64,000 nt of DNA, from contig CAYYQX010000001.1 in assembly GCA_964473455.1 (NCBI GenBank), forward strand, positions 133,380 to 197,379. Direction: 5' to 3'. Within the stretch, counting starts at the first letter, position 1. Every line of letters begins with the position of its first letter. A program made the translations under genes and the position numbers. The notes under the pieces are model-generated. The model did not search any database, was not told where the DNA came from, and saw only the letters and a program-made list of their open reading frames with translations. Shown here piece after piece: positions 48,083 through 57,758 of the stretch. Source of the stretch: an uncultured Muribaculaceae bacterium. Its GTDB lineage: Bacteria > Bacillota_I > Bacilli_A > RF39 > UBA660.

Positions 48083-49039
48083 ATGAAAAAAACAATTATT
48101 ATAGGTCTTATTGCAGTAATACTTTTAACAGGATGTACAAGAATTCCGACAATGGAAAACGGAGATGAAATTGTTGCCGAAATAGATGGAAAACAAATTT
48201 CAACATCCGAACTATATAACGAAATAAAAGAAGATTACGGAACAAATTATCTTATCAATATGCTAGATAATTATATCTTATCAAAAGAATTTTCCGATGA
48301 AGATGAAGCAACAACTTACGCTGAAGAAACTTACGCATATTATGAAACTTATTACAAAAGCTTAGATCAAGATTTTGAAGAACTAGTAATCACTAATTAT
48401 GGTAGTGTAGCTTCATTTAAAAGTCTACTAATAAATGATTATAAAAGAGAACAAGTAGCTAAAAAATATGTCAAAAACAACTTAACAGAAGAAGAAAAGA
48501 ATGCATACTATGAGAGTGACATTTATGGAACAATGACAGTTAGACATATTTTAATAATACCAGACACTACAAGTACTATGACAGATGCTGAAAAAGCTAC
48601 CGCTGAAGAAGAAGCGTTCAATACAGCAAAAGAACTAATAAACAAACTAAATAACGGTGAAGACTTTAGTACTCTTGCAACAACATACTCAGAAGATACA
48701 GGAACAGCTTCCAATGGAGGCTTATTTGAAAACTTCAGTAAAGATACAACCGATTCAGCATTTTGGCAAGCATCATACAATCTAGAAGATAATAAATATA
48801 CATTAACCCCTGTTGAAAGTACTTATGGTTATCACATAATACTTAAAATTAGTTCAAGCGAAAAGCCATCAATAGAAGAAGCTTTAGAAACTATTGAAAA
48901 TGCTTTAGTTGATGAAAAAATGAGTGAAGATAACGCTATTGATAAATACTGGGTTGAAATAAGAAAAAGCTATAATTTAACAATATATGATACAGATATT
49001 CAGTCTTCTTATAATGAAACGATCAATACAATAGAATAA
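48083..49039 (+). CDS. prsA: Foldase PrsA-like lipoprotein, parvulin-type peptidyl-prolyl isomerase
   Basis: Signal peptide plus LTGC lipobox; PpiC/parvulin region (MTVRHILI...YGYHIILK). Confidence 0.65.
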   Translation: MKKTIIIGLIAVILLTGCTRIPTMENGDEIVAEIDGKQISTSELYNEIKEDYGTNYLINMLDNYILSKEFSDEDEATTYAEETYAYYETYYKSLDQDFEELVITNYGSVASFKSLLINDYKREQVAKKYVKNNLTEEEKNAYYESDIYGTMTVRHILIIPDTTSTMTDAEKATAEEEAFNTAKELINKLNNGEDFSTLATTYSEDTGTASNGGLFENFSKDTTDSAFWQASYNLEDNKYTLTPVESTYGYHIILKISSSEKPSIEEALETIENALVDEKMSEDNAIDKYWVEIRKSYNLTIYDTDIQSSYNETINTIE

Positions 49040-49047
49040 ATGTTAAA

Positions 49048-49080
49048 TAAAACATATCAAAATAATTGATATGTTTTTTA
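49048..49080. terminator. Bidirectional rho-independent terminator (AAAACATATCAA-AATAA-TTGATATGTTTT)
   Basis: Perfect 12 bp stem plus T-run between convergent prsA and the PNPOx-like gene. Confidence 0.55.
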
Positions 49081-49575
49081 ATTACCCCTTAATTTATTTA
49101 TATCTATTTGAACTCTTCTATCGCAGTCAGTATTAATGGTATCTCTTTTATATATTTCAAGTGGCAATACCTGAAAAAAGCGATATACAGGAAAATCATT
49201 TTTCATAAAGTTTTCTGGCTCTGCCTCCCACTCTTTTCTTTCAATAGGATCTGGGAAAACATGCGCATAATATATATTTACAATCTCTGGCAATTTTTCT
49301 TTTTCAACCTCACCAACCAGTCCTTTTATTTGAAGTCCATCAACCTCGCTTACTCTTCTTGTTGAATCAAAAATAGTAAAAGCAACATAAGGGTTTTCTT
49401 TAATATGCTCAATGTGTTTAGAATCTATTGCTGTTACAAAATAAAAATTATAATCCACATCAAACGCATATGAAAGAGGTGTTGCCCAAATTTCTCCACT
49501 ACTATTACTTGTTGCTAAAGAAAAAAATCGATTCTCTTTAATAATATTTCTTGTAAGTTCATAAATGTCTGTCAT
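49078..49575 (-). CDS. Pyridoxamine 5'-phosphate oxidase-like FMN-binding split-barrel protein
   Basis: N-terminal FSLATSNSSGEIWATPLSYAFD pattern typical of the PNPOx/general stress protein 26 family. Confidence 0.55.
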   Translation of the reverse strand: MTDIYELTRNIIKENRFFSLATSNSSGEIWATPLSYAFDVDYNFYFVTAIDSKHIEHIKENPYVAFTIFDSTRRVSEVDGLQIKGLVGEVEKEKLPEIVNIYYAHVFPDPIERKEWEAEPENFMKNDFPVYRFFQVLPLEIYKRDTINTDCDRRVQIDINKLRGN

Positions 49576-51308
49576 TTTTCCTCCATTTTTCTTATTATTA
49601 ATGGGATAACTTCATTAATATCCCCCACTATTCCAAAATTGGCATACTTAAATATTGGAGCTTCTTTATCAACATTGATAGCTATAATGACGTTACTATT
49701 TATGCCTATCATGTGTTCCATAGCTCCTGATATACCACACGCTAAATAAACATTTGGAGCTACATACTTGCCTGTCAATCCGACTTGACTTTGATAAGGT
49801 AAAACACCATTATCTACTGCTTTTCTAGAAGCTACTACAACCCCATTTAATTTTTTTGCTAAAACTTCAAGAATTTCTTTATTCTTTACACCATTCCCGC
49901 AAGCTACAATAAACTTTGCCATACTTAAATTTTCATTTAAAATTACATCAGCTATTTTTACTTTAGATGCGTGATTGGTATATTTTTCATATCTAATTAT
50001 TTCTCCAGTATTATTTTCATTATACATTAAATTAGAAACTTTGCCAACAAAAGTTGCCATTTGTGGTCTTTTTACTTGGCAAATAATATCTGCCATTTTA
50101 GTTCCACCATAAACTATTCTTCTTTGTATAAGCAGTTTGTCAGAACTGATGCCAAAATCCGCACAATCTCCAGCTAATCCTGTATCTAATTTTCCAGCAA
50201 TAAATGCAGATATTATTTTACTATTAAAAGTCTTGCCAAACAAGAAAATTTCCGGTTTTAAGTCAAGTACTAAATCAGTTAATATTTCAGCCTCCTGATA
50301 ATAATCACTTTTTTTAACATAAAAAACTTTATTAGCGCCATATTTAAAGAATTCATTTAACAATACTTTATCTTCACTTATTACTACCGCTGTAATACCT
50401 TTGTTTAAACTTAAAGATAATTCATACGCCTTAGCTAAAAGTTCCAAAGATTTGGAACAAATCTTGTTATTACTAATTTCACAAAGAACAAAAATATCGT
50501 TTTCTTGATTTTTTATTGGTTCAAAAAAAACTCTTTTTTTATCTTCTTCTTTAACTAAACTGCTTTTGATAATCTCAGCCAATTTTTTTGTTTGCTCCTC
50601 TAAGCTTCCTTCAAAAAAAGTACAGGCCGAATTCTTTTCAACATTATTGATTGTTGCAACTCTTGTTGGCGAACCATTTATTCCACATAAGTTAGAATCT
50701 ATTTTTAAATCAGTTGATGATAAAATTTTTATTTCTCTTTTTTCTGCCTTTAAAATATTGGCAATAGTTGAAATTCTAGGCTCATTTATATCCTTATGAA
50801 CAGAGATTAAAGCGGGTAAAGTAAGCTCTACAATTAAGTAGCCTTCATCTATTATGCATTTACATTTTATTTTTTTATCAAACACTTCGGTTTCAACTAC
50901 ATTAATAGCCATAGGGATATCCAGTTTAGAAGCAAGCTCTACCGGGACCTGCCCTGTTGCACTATCTGTTGTATAATTACCACATATTATTAGATCATAG
51001 TTCATTACTGCTTTACTTAAAACATAAGAGGTTGCGACAGTATCAGAACCTGCAAAAACACGATCACTTATCAATGTAACATTATCCGCTCCCATACTTA
51101 ATGCATCTTTTAAAACATTAGATGAAGAAAGTACTCCCATTGAAAAAACATCAACCGTTCCACCTACTTTTTCTTTTATTCTAAGAGCCTCTTCAAGTGC
51201 ATTTTTATCTAATGGGTTAATAACACTCTTATTTTCTCTTATTATTTTGCCCGTAACATCAACAATCATTTTGCCTGGGACTGGCTTTACACAAACAGCT
51301 ATAGTCAT
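49572..51308 (-). CDS. Fused electron transfer flavoprotein, beta domain followed by alpha domain (EtfB-EtfA fusion)
   Basis: N-terminal EtfB pattern (MTIAVCVKPVPG...VINPLDKNALEEALR). C-terminal EtfA FAD-binding region. 578 aa is roughly the sum of both. Confidence 0.7.
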   Translation of the reverse strand: MTIAVCVKPVPGKMIVDVTGKIIRENKSVINPLDKNALEEALRIKEKVGGTVDVFSMGVLSSSNVLKDALSMGADNVTLISDRVFAGSDTVATSYVLSKAVMNYDLIICGNYTTDSATGQVPVELASKLDIPMAINVVETEVFDKKIKCKCIIDEGYLIVELTLPALISVHKDINEPRISTIANILKAEKREIKILSSTDLKIDSNLCGINGSPTRVATINNVEKNSACTFFEGSLEEQTKKLAEIIKSSLVKEEDKKRVFFEPIKNQENDIFVLCEISNNKICSKSLELLAKAYELSLSLNKGITAVVISEDKVLLNEFFKYGANKVFYVKKSDYYQEAEILTDLVLDLKPEIFLFGKTFNSKIISAFIAGKLDTGLAGDCADFGISSDKLLIQRRIVYGGTKMADIICQVKRPQMATFVGKVSNLMYNENNTGEIIRYEKYTNHASKVKIADVILNENLSMAKFIVACGNGVKNKEILEVLAKKLNGVVVASRKAVDNGVLPYQSQVGLTGKYVAPNVYLACGISGAMEHMIGINSNVIIAINVDKEAPIFKYANFGIVGDINEVIPLIIRKMEEK

Positions 51309-51350
51309 AAAATACCTCTATATAATAATTATACACTAATTCAAAAAGTA

Positions 51351-52151
51351 TTAGAATAAATCTTCTAATACTTTATTTATTGAATTCATATCAAATCCTT
51401 TTTGATATAGTTTTTCTTTCATTTTTTGTTTTAAAGTAAATCCACTATACTGCTTACTTAATTTTGAGTATATTTTTTCATACTCTTTTTTTATCAAATC
51501 ATCTTCATTAATATTAACTCGTTCTAAAATCTCAAGTATATCTTCTTTCTCATAGCCCAAATTAATAAAACTATATAAAATCTTTTCTTTCAACACCTTA
51601 AATGATTTCTTATTATTCTTTAGTGATTTTTTTATTAATCGGTCTAATTTTTCTAAGACTTTATCTCTTGTAATCTGTTCTAACTCTCTATTTATCGTTT
51701 CTTCATTAATATTGTGCTCAAAAAGTTCCTTTTTAATCCTAAGAGGACCATAATTAGACAAATTAAATTTATCATTAATAAAAGCTTTAACAAAAGCAAT
51801 ATCATTTATTAGTCTTAAATCTTCAAGCTTTTTAATAATTTTTTTATTTAAATTTTTATCAAGATCTTGTTTTTCTAAAAACTCTTCTATTTCCCTTTTA
51901 CTCCTAAGTTTTATACCAATCATTTTTATAGCCTTATTATAAACATCAAAAAACAAAGAGTTTTTCTTAATCTCATCTACATCCAATTCACTTATTTCTT
52001 CTTTATACAAAATATTTTTTTCAATCACTACATCATCATATGTAGTTAAACTATCATTGTTATCAAAAAATATCTTATATTTATTGTTTGCAATTTTTTT
52101 TAACTTAACTATCTTCATAAATTCACCAAATAAATTATAAAACAAAAACAT
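51351..52151 (-). CDS. RecX-like regulatory protein
   Basis: Three-helix-repeat pattern with LRSKREIEEFLEKQ; moderate. Confidence 0.4.
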   Translation of the reverse strand: MFLFYNLFGEFMKIVKLKKIANNKYKIFFDNNDSLTTYDDVVIEKNILYKEEISELDVDEIKKNSLFFDVYNKAIKMIGIKLRSKREIEEFLEKQDLDKNLNKKIIKKLEDLRLINDIAFVKAFINDKFNLSNYGPLRIKKELFEHNINEETINRELEQITRDKVLEKLDRLIKKSLKNNKKSFKVLKEKILYSFINLGYEKEDILEILERVNINEDDLIKKEYEKIYSKLSKQYSGFTLKQKMKEKLYQKGFDMNSINKVLEDLF

Positions 52152-52181
52152 TTGTTTGTAAATGCTTTTAAAAAAAATAAC

Positions 52182-52373
52182 TTATTCAGTTACTTTATTT
52201 TCTTCTACTACTACTGTTTTTCCTTTATATGTTCCACATTTTGGACATACACGGTGTGGTTTTACATCTGCTCCACATTTTGGACATTTGCTAGTTAAAT
52301 TCGCACTTATTTTATAGTGTGTTCTTCTTTTTCTTCCTCTTGTTTTACTAACTTTTCTAAATGGTACAGCCAC
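52182..52373 (-). CDS. rpmF: 50S ribosomal protein L32
   Basis: MAVPFRKVSKTRGRKRRTHYK plus a CxxC...CxxC zinc ribbon. Confidence 0.85.
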   Translation of the reverse strand: MAVPFRKVSKTRGRKRRTHYKISANLTSKCPKCGADVKPHRVCPKCGTYKGKTVVVEENKVTE

Positions 52374-52389
52374 TTAGCTCACCTCTTTC

Positions 52390-52851
52390 TTATTTTAATA
52401 AATCTTCAAGCTTATCTAAAGGTGTATTTGCTTTTACATCAGTAACAAGCTCCCACCCATCACCTTTAATGCATCTATCTTTAGCATCTTCACTTACAAT
52501 TTTACTTGGGATTTCCAGTAATATATTTTCCCATACTATTGGAAAAATATCAAGTGAATTTTGATCTTTTTTAACATTTTCCTCTATTTCTTTTATGATT
52601 TGTTCTAATCCTGTTTCAACTTTAATGGTAAAAGGGTAAGATACTGGCTTTAGCGTTACCGAACAAGGCAAAACCATAACCCCTTCAATATTTATATATA
52701 TATCAAATAAATCAATACTATTTTTCTTAATATATCCTGTTATTTTTGCATCTAACTTCAACAATTCTGTCATTTTAAGTTCTTCTTCTTTAAATGAATA
52801 AGAAAACTCAAAATTTTTAGTGTCTTGAATATCAAAAAGAGTTACTATCAT
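52390..52851 (-). CDS. yceD: YceD/DUF177 family protein (23S rRNA accumulation factor)
   Basis: Conserved position immediately upstream of rpmF; acidic ~150 aa; CxxC. Confidence 0.55.
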   Translation of the reverse strand: MIVTLFDIQDTKNFEFSYSFKEEELKMTELLKLDAKITGYIKKNSIDLFDIYINIEGVMVLPCSVTLKPVSYPFTIKVETGLEQIIKEIEENVKKDQNSLDIFPIVWENILLEIPSKIVSEDAKDRCIKGDGWELVTDVKANTPLDKLEDLLK

Positions 52852-53795
52852 ACACCAAGTCTCCTTAATCTTTTTTCAGTACTGTTTCTATCAATAAAAA
52901 TCCCTATCACATTCATAAATAATATACTGTATAAAATGGCTTCATTAATATTAAATACTATTTTTAGTGTGAAAGTAATAATACCAAGTAATATTCCAAA
53001 AATCAACTGTCCTTCTTTTGTAATTGGAGAAGTTGTAGAGTCAGGAGCAATAAATATCGCATGAAAGATAAAATTTCCAATTAATAATTCATATATTGGG
53101 TACCAAAACCCTATGTTTTTTATTAAAGAATATAAAATTAAAATTATTCCAAAAGTTAAAACATAACTAATAGTTACTGTTGTTTTAATACTTTTAGTAG
53201 CAATTAAATATATAAAACCTACTAAGCACAAAACAACACTTGGGCCTATATTACTAACGCCTAAAAACATATCTAATAAGCTATTATGAGCTAAAAGTTC
53301 TTCAAAAGAAGTTATAGTTTGATAATTGAAATAGGCTTCCTTTAATACAAGTATAGAAAAACCAAGTATAAATAGTTTTCCAATCAAGGTTGGGTTTAGT
53401 CTGTTTTTGCCAAAACCACCAAGGATATTTTTGATAATTACCATTAATACTGCTCCAATTACAAGTAAATACAGAGGCACATTTATTGGAATTAATAGTC
53501 CTAGAAATAGACCTGGAAATATTACAAAAGTTGTTTTAATGTGGTTAAATATCTCGTTAATTCTTTTTTTATAAAAAATAAGAGCCCAAAGCATTTCTAA
53601 AACAAAACAAACTATTACCGGCACAAAAACAAATATAAGTGGGTAAAACAAATTACCAACGCTTATTTCACCATTACTATATGGAACATAGCCATTAATA
53701 TAAAAGCTATAAATAATCAAGGGGATTAAAGCAATTAAGTAATTTCTCGCTATTTTGGCATTAGAATTACCATCTTTAATAAATGGAGCTATCAT
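52848..53795 (-). CDS. RnfD/NqrB-like integral membrane protein
   Basis: Polytopic membrane protein with a GGFGKNRLNPTL motif resembling the RnfD GG-x-NPAL region. Confidence 0.55.
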   Translation of the reverse strand: MIAPFIKDGNSNAKIARNYLIALIPLIIYSFYINGYVPYSNGEISVGNLFYPLIFVFVPVIVCFVLEMLWALIFYKKRINEIFNHIKTTFVIFPGLFLGLLIPINVPLYLLVIGAVLMVIIKNILGGFGKNRLNPTLIGKLFILGFSILVLKEAYFNYQTITSFEELLAHNSLLDMFLGVSNIGPSVVLCLVGFIYLIATKSIKTTVTISYVLTFGIILILYSLIKNIGFWYPIYELLIGNFIFHAIFIAPDSTTSPITKEGQLIFGILLGIITFTLKIVFNINEAILYSILFMNVIGIFIDRNSTEKRLRRLGV

Positions 53796-55009
53796 ATTTC
53801 ACTCTCCTTGATCTTTTCCTTGGCTTCTCTAATATATCTCATCATATCGCTTTTAGCAGGGCAAATATATGCACACAAGCCACACTCAATACATTTTTCT
53901 ACATGCATTTTTTTCAGCTTATTAATGTTATTAATGTTTTTTCTTATTTCCAAAGGGAATAGTCCCACAGGACATACGTTTATACATTTTCCACATCTCA
54001 TGCAAGCACTTTCTCTGTTTTTATTGTGATTCATAACTATAACACTCTTTAAATCCTTAGTCACTATTAAGTCTTCATCCGCTTGAAAACCTTTCATTGG
54101 TCCACCAGAGATAATAATTTTATTTTCAACATCAATATTAAAAATACTTTTTAAAACTTCTGTTACTTGCGCGCCTACTTTCACTAAAACATTTTGTCTT
54201 GTATTTCCTTCAAAATCTATAAAAGTAATGATCTTTTGAGTTAAAAAATCTCCCTTTATAGCTTTATAAATATCATAAATTGTATAAACATTATTTACAA
54301 TCACTTCGTCATTAAGCTTTAAGACTTCTTTAACAAGTTTATTTTCATATCCTATTGGGTAAATATTAGAAACACACACAATTTTCATCCTTAAATATGT
54401 TCCAATATAATCATTTAAAACTTCCATCAGGCGATAGTTATTTTCTTTTATTACAATTATGGCATTATTAATTTCATTTATATCTAATAAATTATCAATA
54501 CATTCTAAAATTTCTTCAGCGTGATTAGCAAGTAAATCTTGGTCAGAAAACAAAAGCGGCTCTGATTCTACGGCATTAATTACTAATGTTTTAGCATTTT
54601 TAGCATATTTTTGATAAACTAAAACATTACTTTCTAAGCCAATAATATTATTGTCTTGTAGTAATTTAATAAAAGATTTTTTTGTCATTTTAGAAGAAGC
54701 AGTAACTTCTTCTTTTTTTTCTCTAAAATCGTTCTTAATTTTGATGCACTTGATTTTTTTGTTTTTATAAGTCATCGCAACATAATCGACAACTTCTCCG
54801 CTAACTGTCGATACTATAGCCATTTTAACGTCACCCTTTGTTTTAGCAATAGGAGTCCCTATTAAAACCTTATCTTTTTTTTTGGCTAAAACAGTTGGTT
54901 CTGTATCATTAATGCTCAATAACGGAATATAAACAAATTTTGGCTTATCAAATTTTAATAACTCGCTTTTTTTGGCGATATTCTTTTCTATCTTTATCCC
55001 TTTTGCCAT
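53792..55009 (-). CDS. RnfC-like electron transport subunit (NADH-binding SLBB domain plus 2x[4Fe-4S])
   Basis: SGGPMKG (GGPMMG-like) motif; C-terminal CMRCGKCINVCP and CIECGLCAYICP. Confidence 0.6.
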   Translation of the reverse strand: MAKGIKIEKNIAKKSELLKFDKPKFVYIPLLSINDTEPTVLAKKKDKVLIGTPIAKTKGDVKMAIVSTVSGEVVDYVAMTYKNKKIKCIKIKNDFREKKEEVTASSKMTKKSFIKLLQDNNIIGLESNVLVYQKYAKNAKTLVINAVESEPLLFSDQDLLANHAEEILECIDNLLDINEINNAIIVIKENNYRLMEVLNDYIGTYLRMKIVCVSNIYPIGYENKLVKEVLKLNDEVIVNNVYTIYDIYKAIKGDFLTQKIITFIDFEGNTRQNVLVKVGAQVTEVLKSIFNIDVENKIIISGGPMKGFQADEDLIVTKDLKSVIVMNHNKNRESACMRCGKCINVCPVGLFPLEIRKNINNINKLKKMHVEKCIECGLCAYICPAKSDMMRYIREAKEKIKESEI

Positions 55010-55028
55010 TCTTACTCTGCTTTCTATT

Positions 55029-55580
55029 TTATTCTTCTTTATATATTGAATTAAATATTTCTAATTCTTCTTGTTTTGCTTCTTCTACTTTTATATTTGG
55101 TAATTCTTCTTTGCTTTTTAAATTAAAATAATCTAAAAATTTATTTGTTATTCTATACAAACTTGGTCTTCCTGGAGCATCTAGCTTATCACTGTTGTCT
55201 ATCAGCCCTTTAAGTAAAAGTCTTCTAATTTGATAGCTGGCATCTGTTCCTCGGATGTCTTCAATATCGTTTCTAGTAATTGGTTCATTGTAAGCTATGA
55301 TTGCTAAAACTTCTAACAACGATTCACTTAAGTCTTTATTGTTTTCAATATCGACTAACTTTTGATAATAGTTCATATGTTTATCTTTAGTAACAAACTT
55401 GTACTTTTCTCCAAGACATTCTATCGCTAAAGCTCTATCTTGCTTCTCATAATAGTTAATTAAATCATTTACTATAGTTTTTGCCTTTTCCTCATCTACT
55501 TCAAGTAAAGAAGCTATTTCAGTTAAAGCCAGTCCTTCATCTCCAACGATAAAAAGCATCCCTTCTAATATTATGTCCAT
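55029..55580 (-). CDS. scpB: Segregation and condensation protein B
   Basis: N-terminal EGMLFIVGDEGL... wHTH pattern; downstream of scpA. Confidence 0.8.
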   Translation of the reverse strand: MDIILEGMLFIVGDEGLALTEIASLLEVDEEKAKTIVNDLINYYEKQDRALAIECLGEKYKFVTKDKHMNYYQKLVDIENNKDLSESLLEVLAIIAYNEPITRNDIEDIRGTDASYQIRRLLLKGLIDNSDKLDAPGRPSLYRITNKFLDYFNLKSKEELPNIKVEEAKQEELEIFNSIYKEE

Positions 55581-55582
55581 TT

Positions 55583-56281
55583 TTATTTCTCCTTGTTTAA
55601 TAAATATATATCTTTAAAATTATTTTCCTGTTCAATACTTATCTCTTGTTTTTTTGCTAAATCTAAAATCGATAAGAAAGTTACAATAACATAGTCTTTA
55701 ACAAAATTATCAAATAAGCTTAAGAAGTTAACCTTATTTTTACTTTTTAAAATTGATTTTATTTCTTTACATCTCTCATTAATTGAATATTCTTTAAGTA
55801 AGATCTTCGTATCTAGAGGCTTTTCTAAAACTTGCTTTTCCAACAATCTTCTAAATGCTTCTAACAATACCGAAACTTCTTCGTGCTTTTCAGTAATAGT
55901 ATTTAAATCCTCTAAAATAGAAGGATTTTTTGTATATATTTTGCCTCTCTTAGTTTCTAATTCTTTTAATTTCTCAGTTACTTCCTGGTAGTTTTTATAT
56001 TCGATAAGTCGCGCAATTAAGTTTTCTTTTTCCTCTATTATTTCTACACTTGGAAGTAGTATTAGTGATTTCATTTCAATTAGTTCTGATGCCATAACCA
56101 AGTACTCACTAGCAACATCTAGATTTAACTTTTCCATATGTTTTATATAATCTAAATACTGCTTTGTAATTTTTTCAATATTGATGTCTTCAATTTTAAC
56201 ATCATCTTTTTTTAAAAGATATAAGAGTAAGTCTAGGGGACCATTAAAATTATCAATTGTCACAATATACAAATATATCAC
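55583..56281 (-). CDS. scpA: Segregation and condensation protein A
   Basis: FNGPLDLLLYLLKKDDVKIEDINI kleisin N-terminus. Confidence 0.8.
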   Translation of the reverse strand: MIYLYIVTIDNFNGPLDLLLYLLKKDDVKIEDINIEKITKQYLDYIKHMEKLNLDVASEYLVMASELIEMKSLILLPSVEIIEEKENLIARLIEYKNYQEVTEKLKELETKRGKIYTKNPSILEDLNTITEKHEEVSVLLEAFRRLLEKQVLEKPLDTKILLKEYSINERCKEIKSILKSKNKVNFLSLFDNFVKDYVIVTFLSILDLAKKQEISIEQENNFKDIYLLNKEK

Positions 56282-56400
56282 CTACTCATATAGTTTATTA
56301 TAACAAAAAAAGAAGCAAAAATCTATTTCTTAGCTTCTTTTTCAAAAGTTTATGATATTGATATGTATTATTTTTATGTTATAATTTATAAGGTGAATTT

Positions 56401-56700
56401 ATGAAAAGATTTAATATGGTAGATGAAAATTTTATTTGTGAAAATTGTGGCAAGAAAGTATCTTCGCTAAAATACAGCGCTAGAGATCACTGCCCTTACT
56501 GCTTGTACTCTAAACATGTCGATATTATGCCTGGAGATAGGCAAAATGAATGCTTAGGGCTAATGATGCCCATTGATATTGAAAAACATAAAAACACCTA
56601 TAAAATCGTTTATAGGTGTCTAAAATGCCATTCGATTCATAAGAACATTATGGCAAAAGACGATAATTTTGATTTAATAGTTAAATTGTCTACTAAATAA
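56401..56700 (+). CDS. RNHCP-domain zinc-ribbon protein
   Basis: CENCGK...ARDHCPYC...CLKCHSIHKN pattern. Confidence 0.5.
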   Translation: MKRFNMVDENFICENCGKKVSSLKYSARDHCPYCLYSKHVDIMPGDRQNECLGLMMPIDIEKHKNTYKIVYRCLKCHSIHKNIMAKDDNFDLIVKLSTK

Positions 56701-57037
56701 TTTCTTCAATAAATGTAGTTATTTGTGGTAAAAACACTATTACTGCAACAATTATTAATACTATTACAATTAATAGAGCAAGGCCACCTTTGCTTTTTTT
56801 AGCTTTTTCTACTGCTGCATCAACATTTTCTTGAACTATACTTGGTTTTACTTCTTCTTGGTAAACTGGTTGTTGTACTGGTTCAACTGTTGGAACAGGA
56901 GTAACTGGAGCTTGTTCAGTATAAGTTCCTTGATTTACTGGTTGTTCGTATTCATTCATTGGTGTTTGTGGAGCTACATTGTTATTTTGTACTCCATTTT
57001 CAGGGTTCATTTCGTTGAATTTATTTTCTTCATTCAT
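56693..57037 (-). CDS. Hypothetical Pro/Gln-rich protein with C-terminal TM anchor
   Basis: ORF only. Confidence 0.3.
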   Translation of the reverse strand: MNEENKFNEMNPENGVQNNNVAPQTPMNEYEQPVNQGTYTEQAPVTPVPTVEPVQQPVYQEEVKPSIVQENVDAAVEKAKKSKGGLALLIVIVLIIVAVIVFLPQITTFIEEII

Positions 57038-57112
57038 TTTATCTTCCTACTTTCATTTAAATTATATCAAAAATTAAAAAAAAAGCAAAGACTTTTTACT
57101 TATTTGCTTTTT

Positions 57113-57283
57113 TTAGTAAATTTTTGGCACTTGAGCTCGTCTAAATTGAAGGCTTCTTCCTACTCCTCCAGCTATTCTTATCTGCTGATATTCCAAATAT
57201 TTTATTGCATGTAATACTTCTAATGTTAATCTTAATCGCTCTATTTGTCCTTTGTGATTTAAATTTGTTTTTTTTCTACTCAT
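57113..57283 (-). CDS. Possible small protein (56 aa), not in the ORF track
   Basis: ATG preceded by AAAAGGAAAA; translates to MSRKKTNLNHKGQIERLRLTLEVLHAIKYLEYQQIRIAGGVGRSLQFRRAQVPKIY. Confidence 0.2.
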   Translation of the reverse strand: MSRKKTNLNHKGQIERLRLTLEVLHAIKYLEYQQIRIAGGVGRSLQFRRAQVPKIY

Positions 57284-57398
57284 TTTCCTTTTTATACAAA
57301 ACAGGTTTTTTTACAAAATCCCCTATTTTATAAAAACCTCCCTCTTTTAAAAATATATATTATTATTATATCAAACTTTAAAGCCAAAAAAAAGATGT

Positions 57399-57749
57399 TT
57401 ATTTTACATCCTCTTCAACAAGTTCAATAATACACATTAATGCATCATCGCCCTTTCTTTCATCTAACTTATATATTCTTGTATAACCACCATTTCTAGT
57501 AGCATATCTTTTTACTAGATCATCAAATACTTTCTTAGTTACTTCATTATCATTTTCTAAGAATGCTAGTACTTGTCTTCTAGCGACTAAAGTTCCCTTT
57601 TTTCCATAAGTTATCATTTTATCAACAAATTTTCTAACTTCTTTGGCTCTTGTTTCTGTTATTTCTATTTTTTCATGTTTAATTAATTCTTTTGTCAAAT
57701 TAGCTAGCATACTTCTTCTATGCTTGTTTGATACTCCTAATTTTCTCAT
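57399..57749 (-). CDS. rplQ: 50S ribosomal protein L17
   Basis: MRKLGVSNKHRRSMLANL N-terminus. Confidence 0.9.
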   Translation of the reverse strand: MRKLGVSNKHRRSMLANLTKELIKHEKIEITETRAKEVRKFVDKMITYGKKGTLVARRQVLAFLENDNEVTKKVFDDLVKRYATRNGGYTRIYKLDERKGDDALMCIIELVEEDVK

Positions 57750-57758
57750 ATTGTCCTC

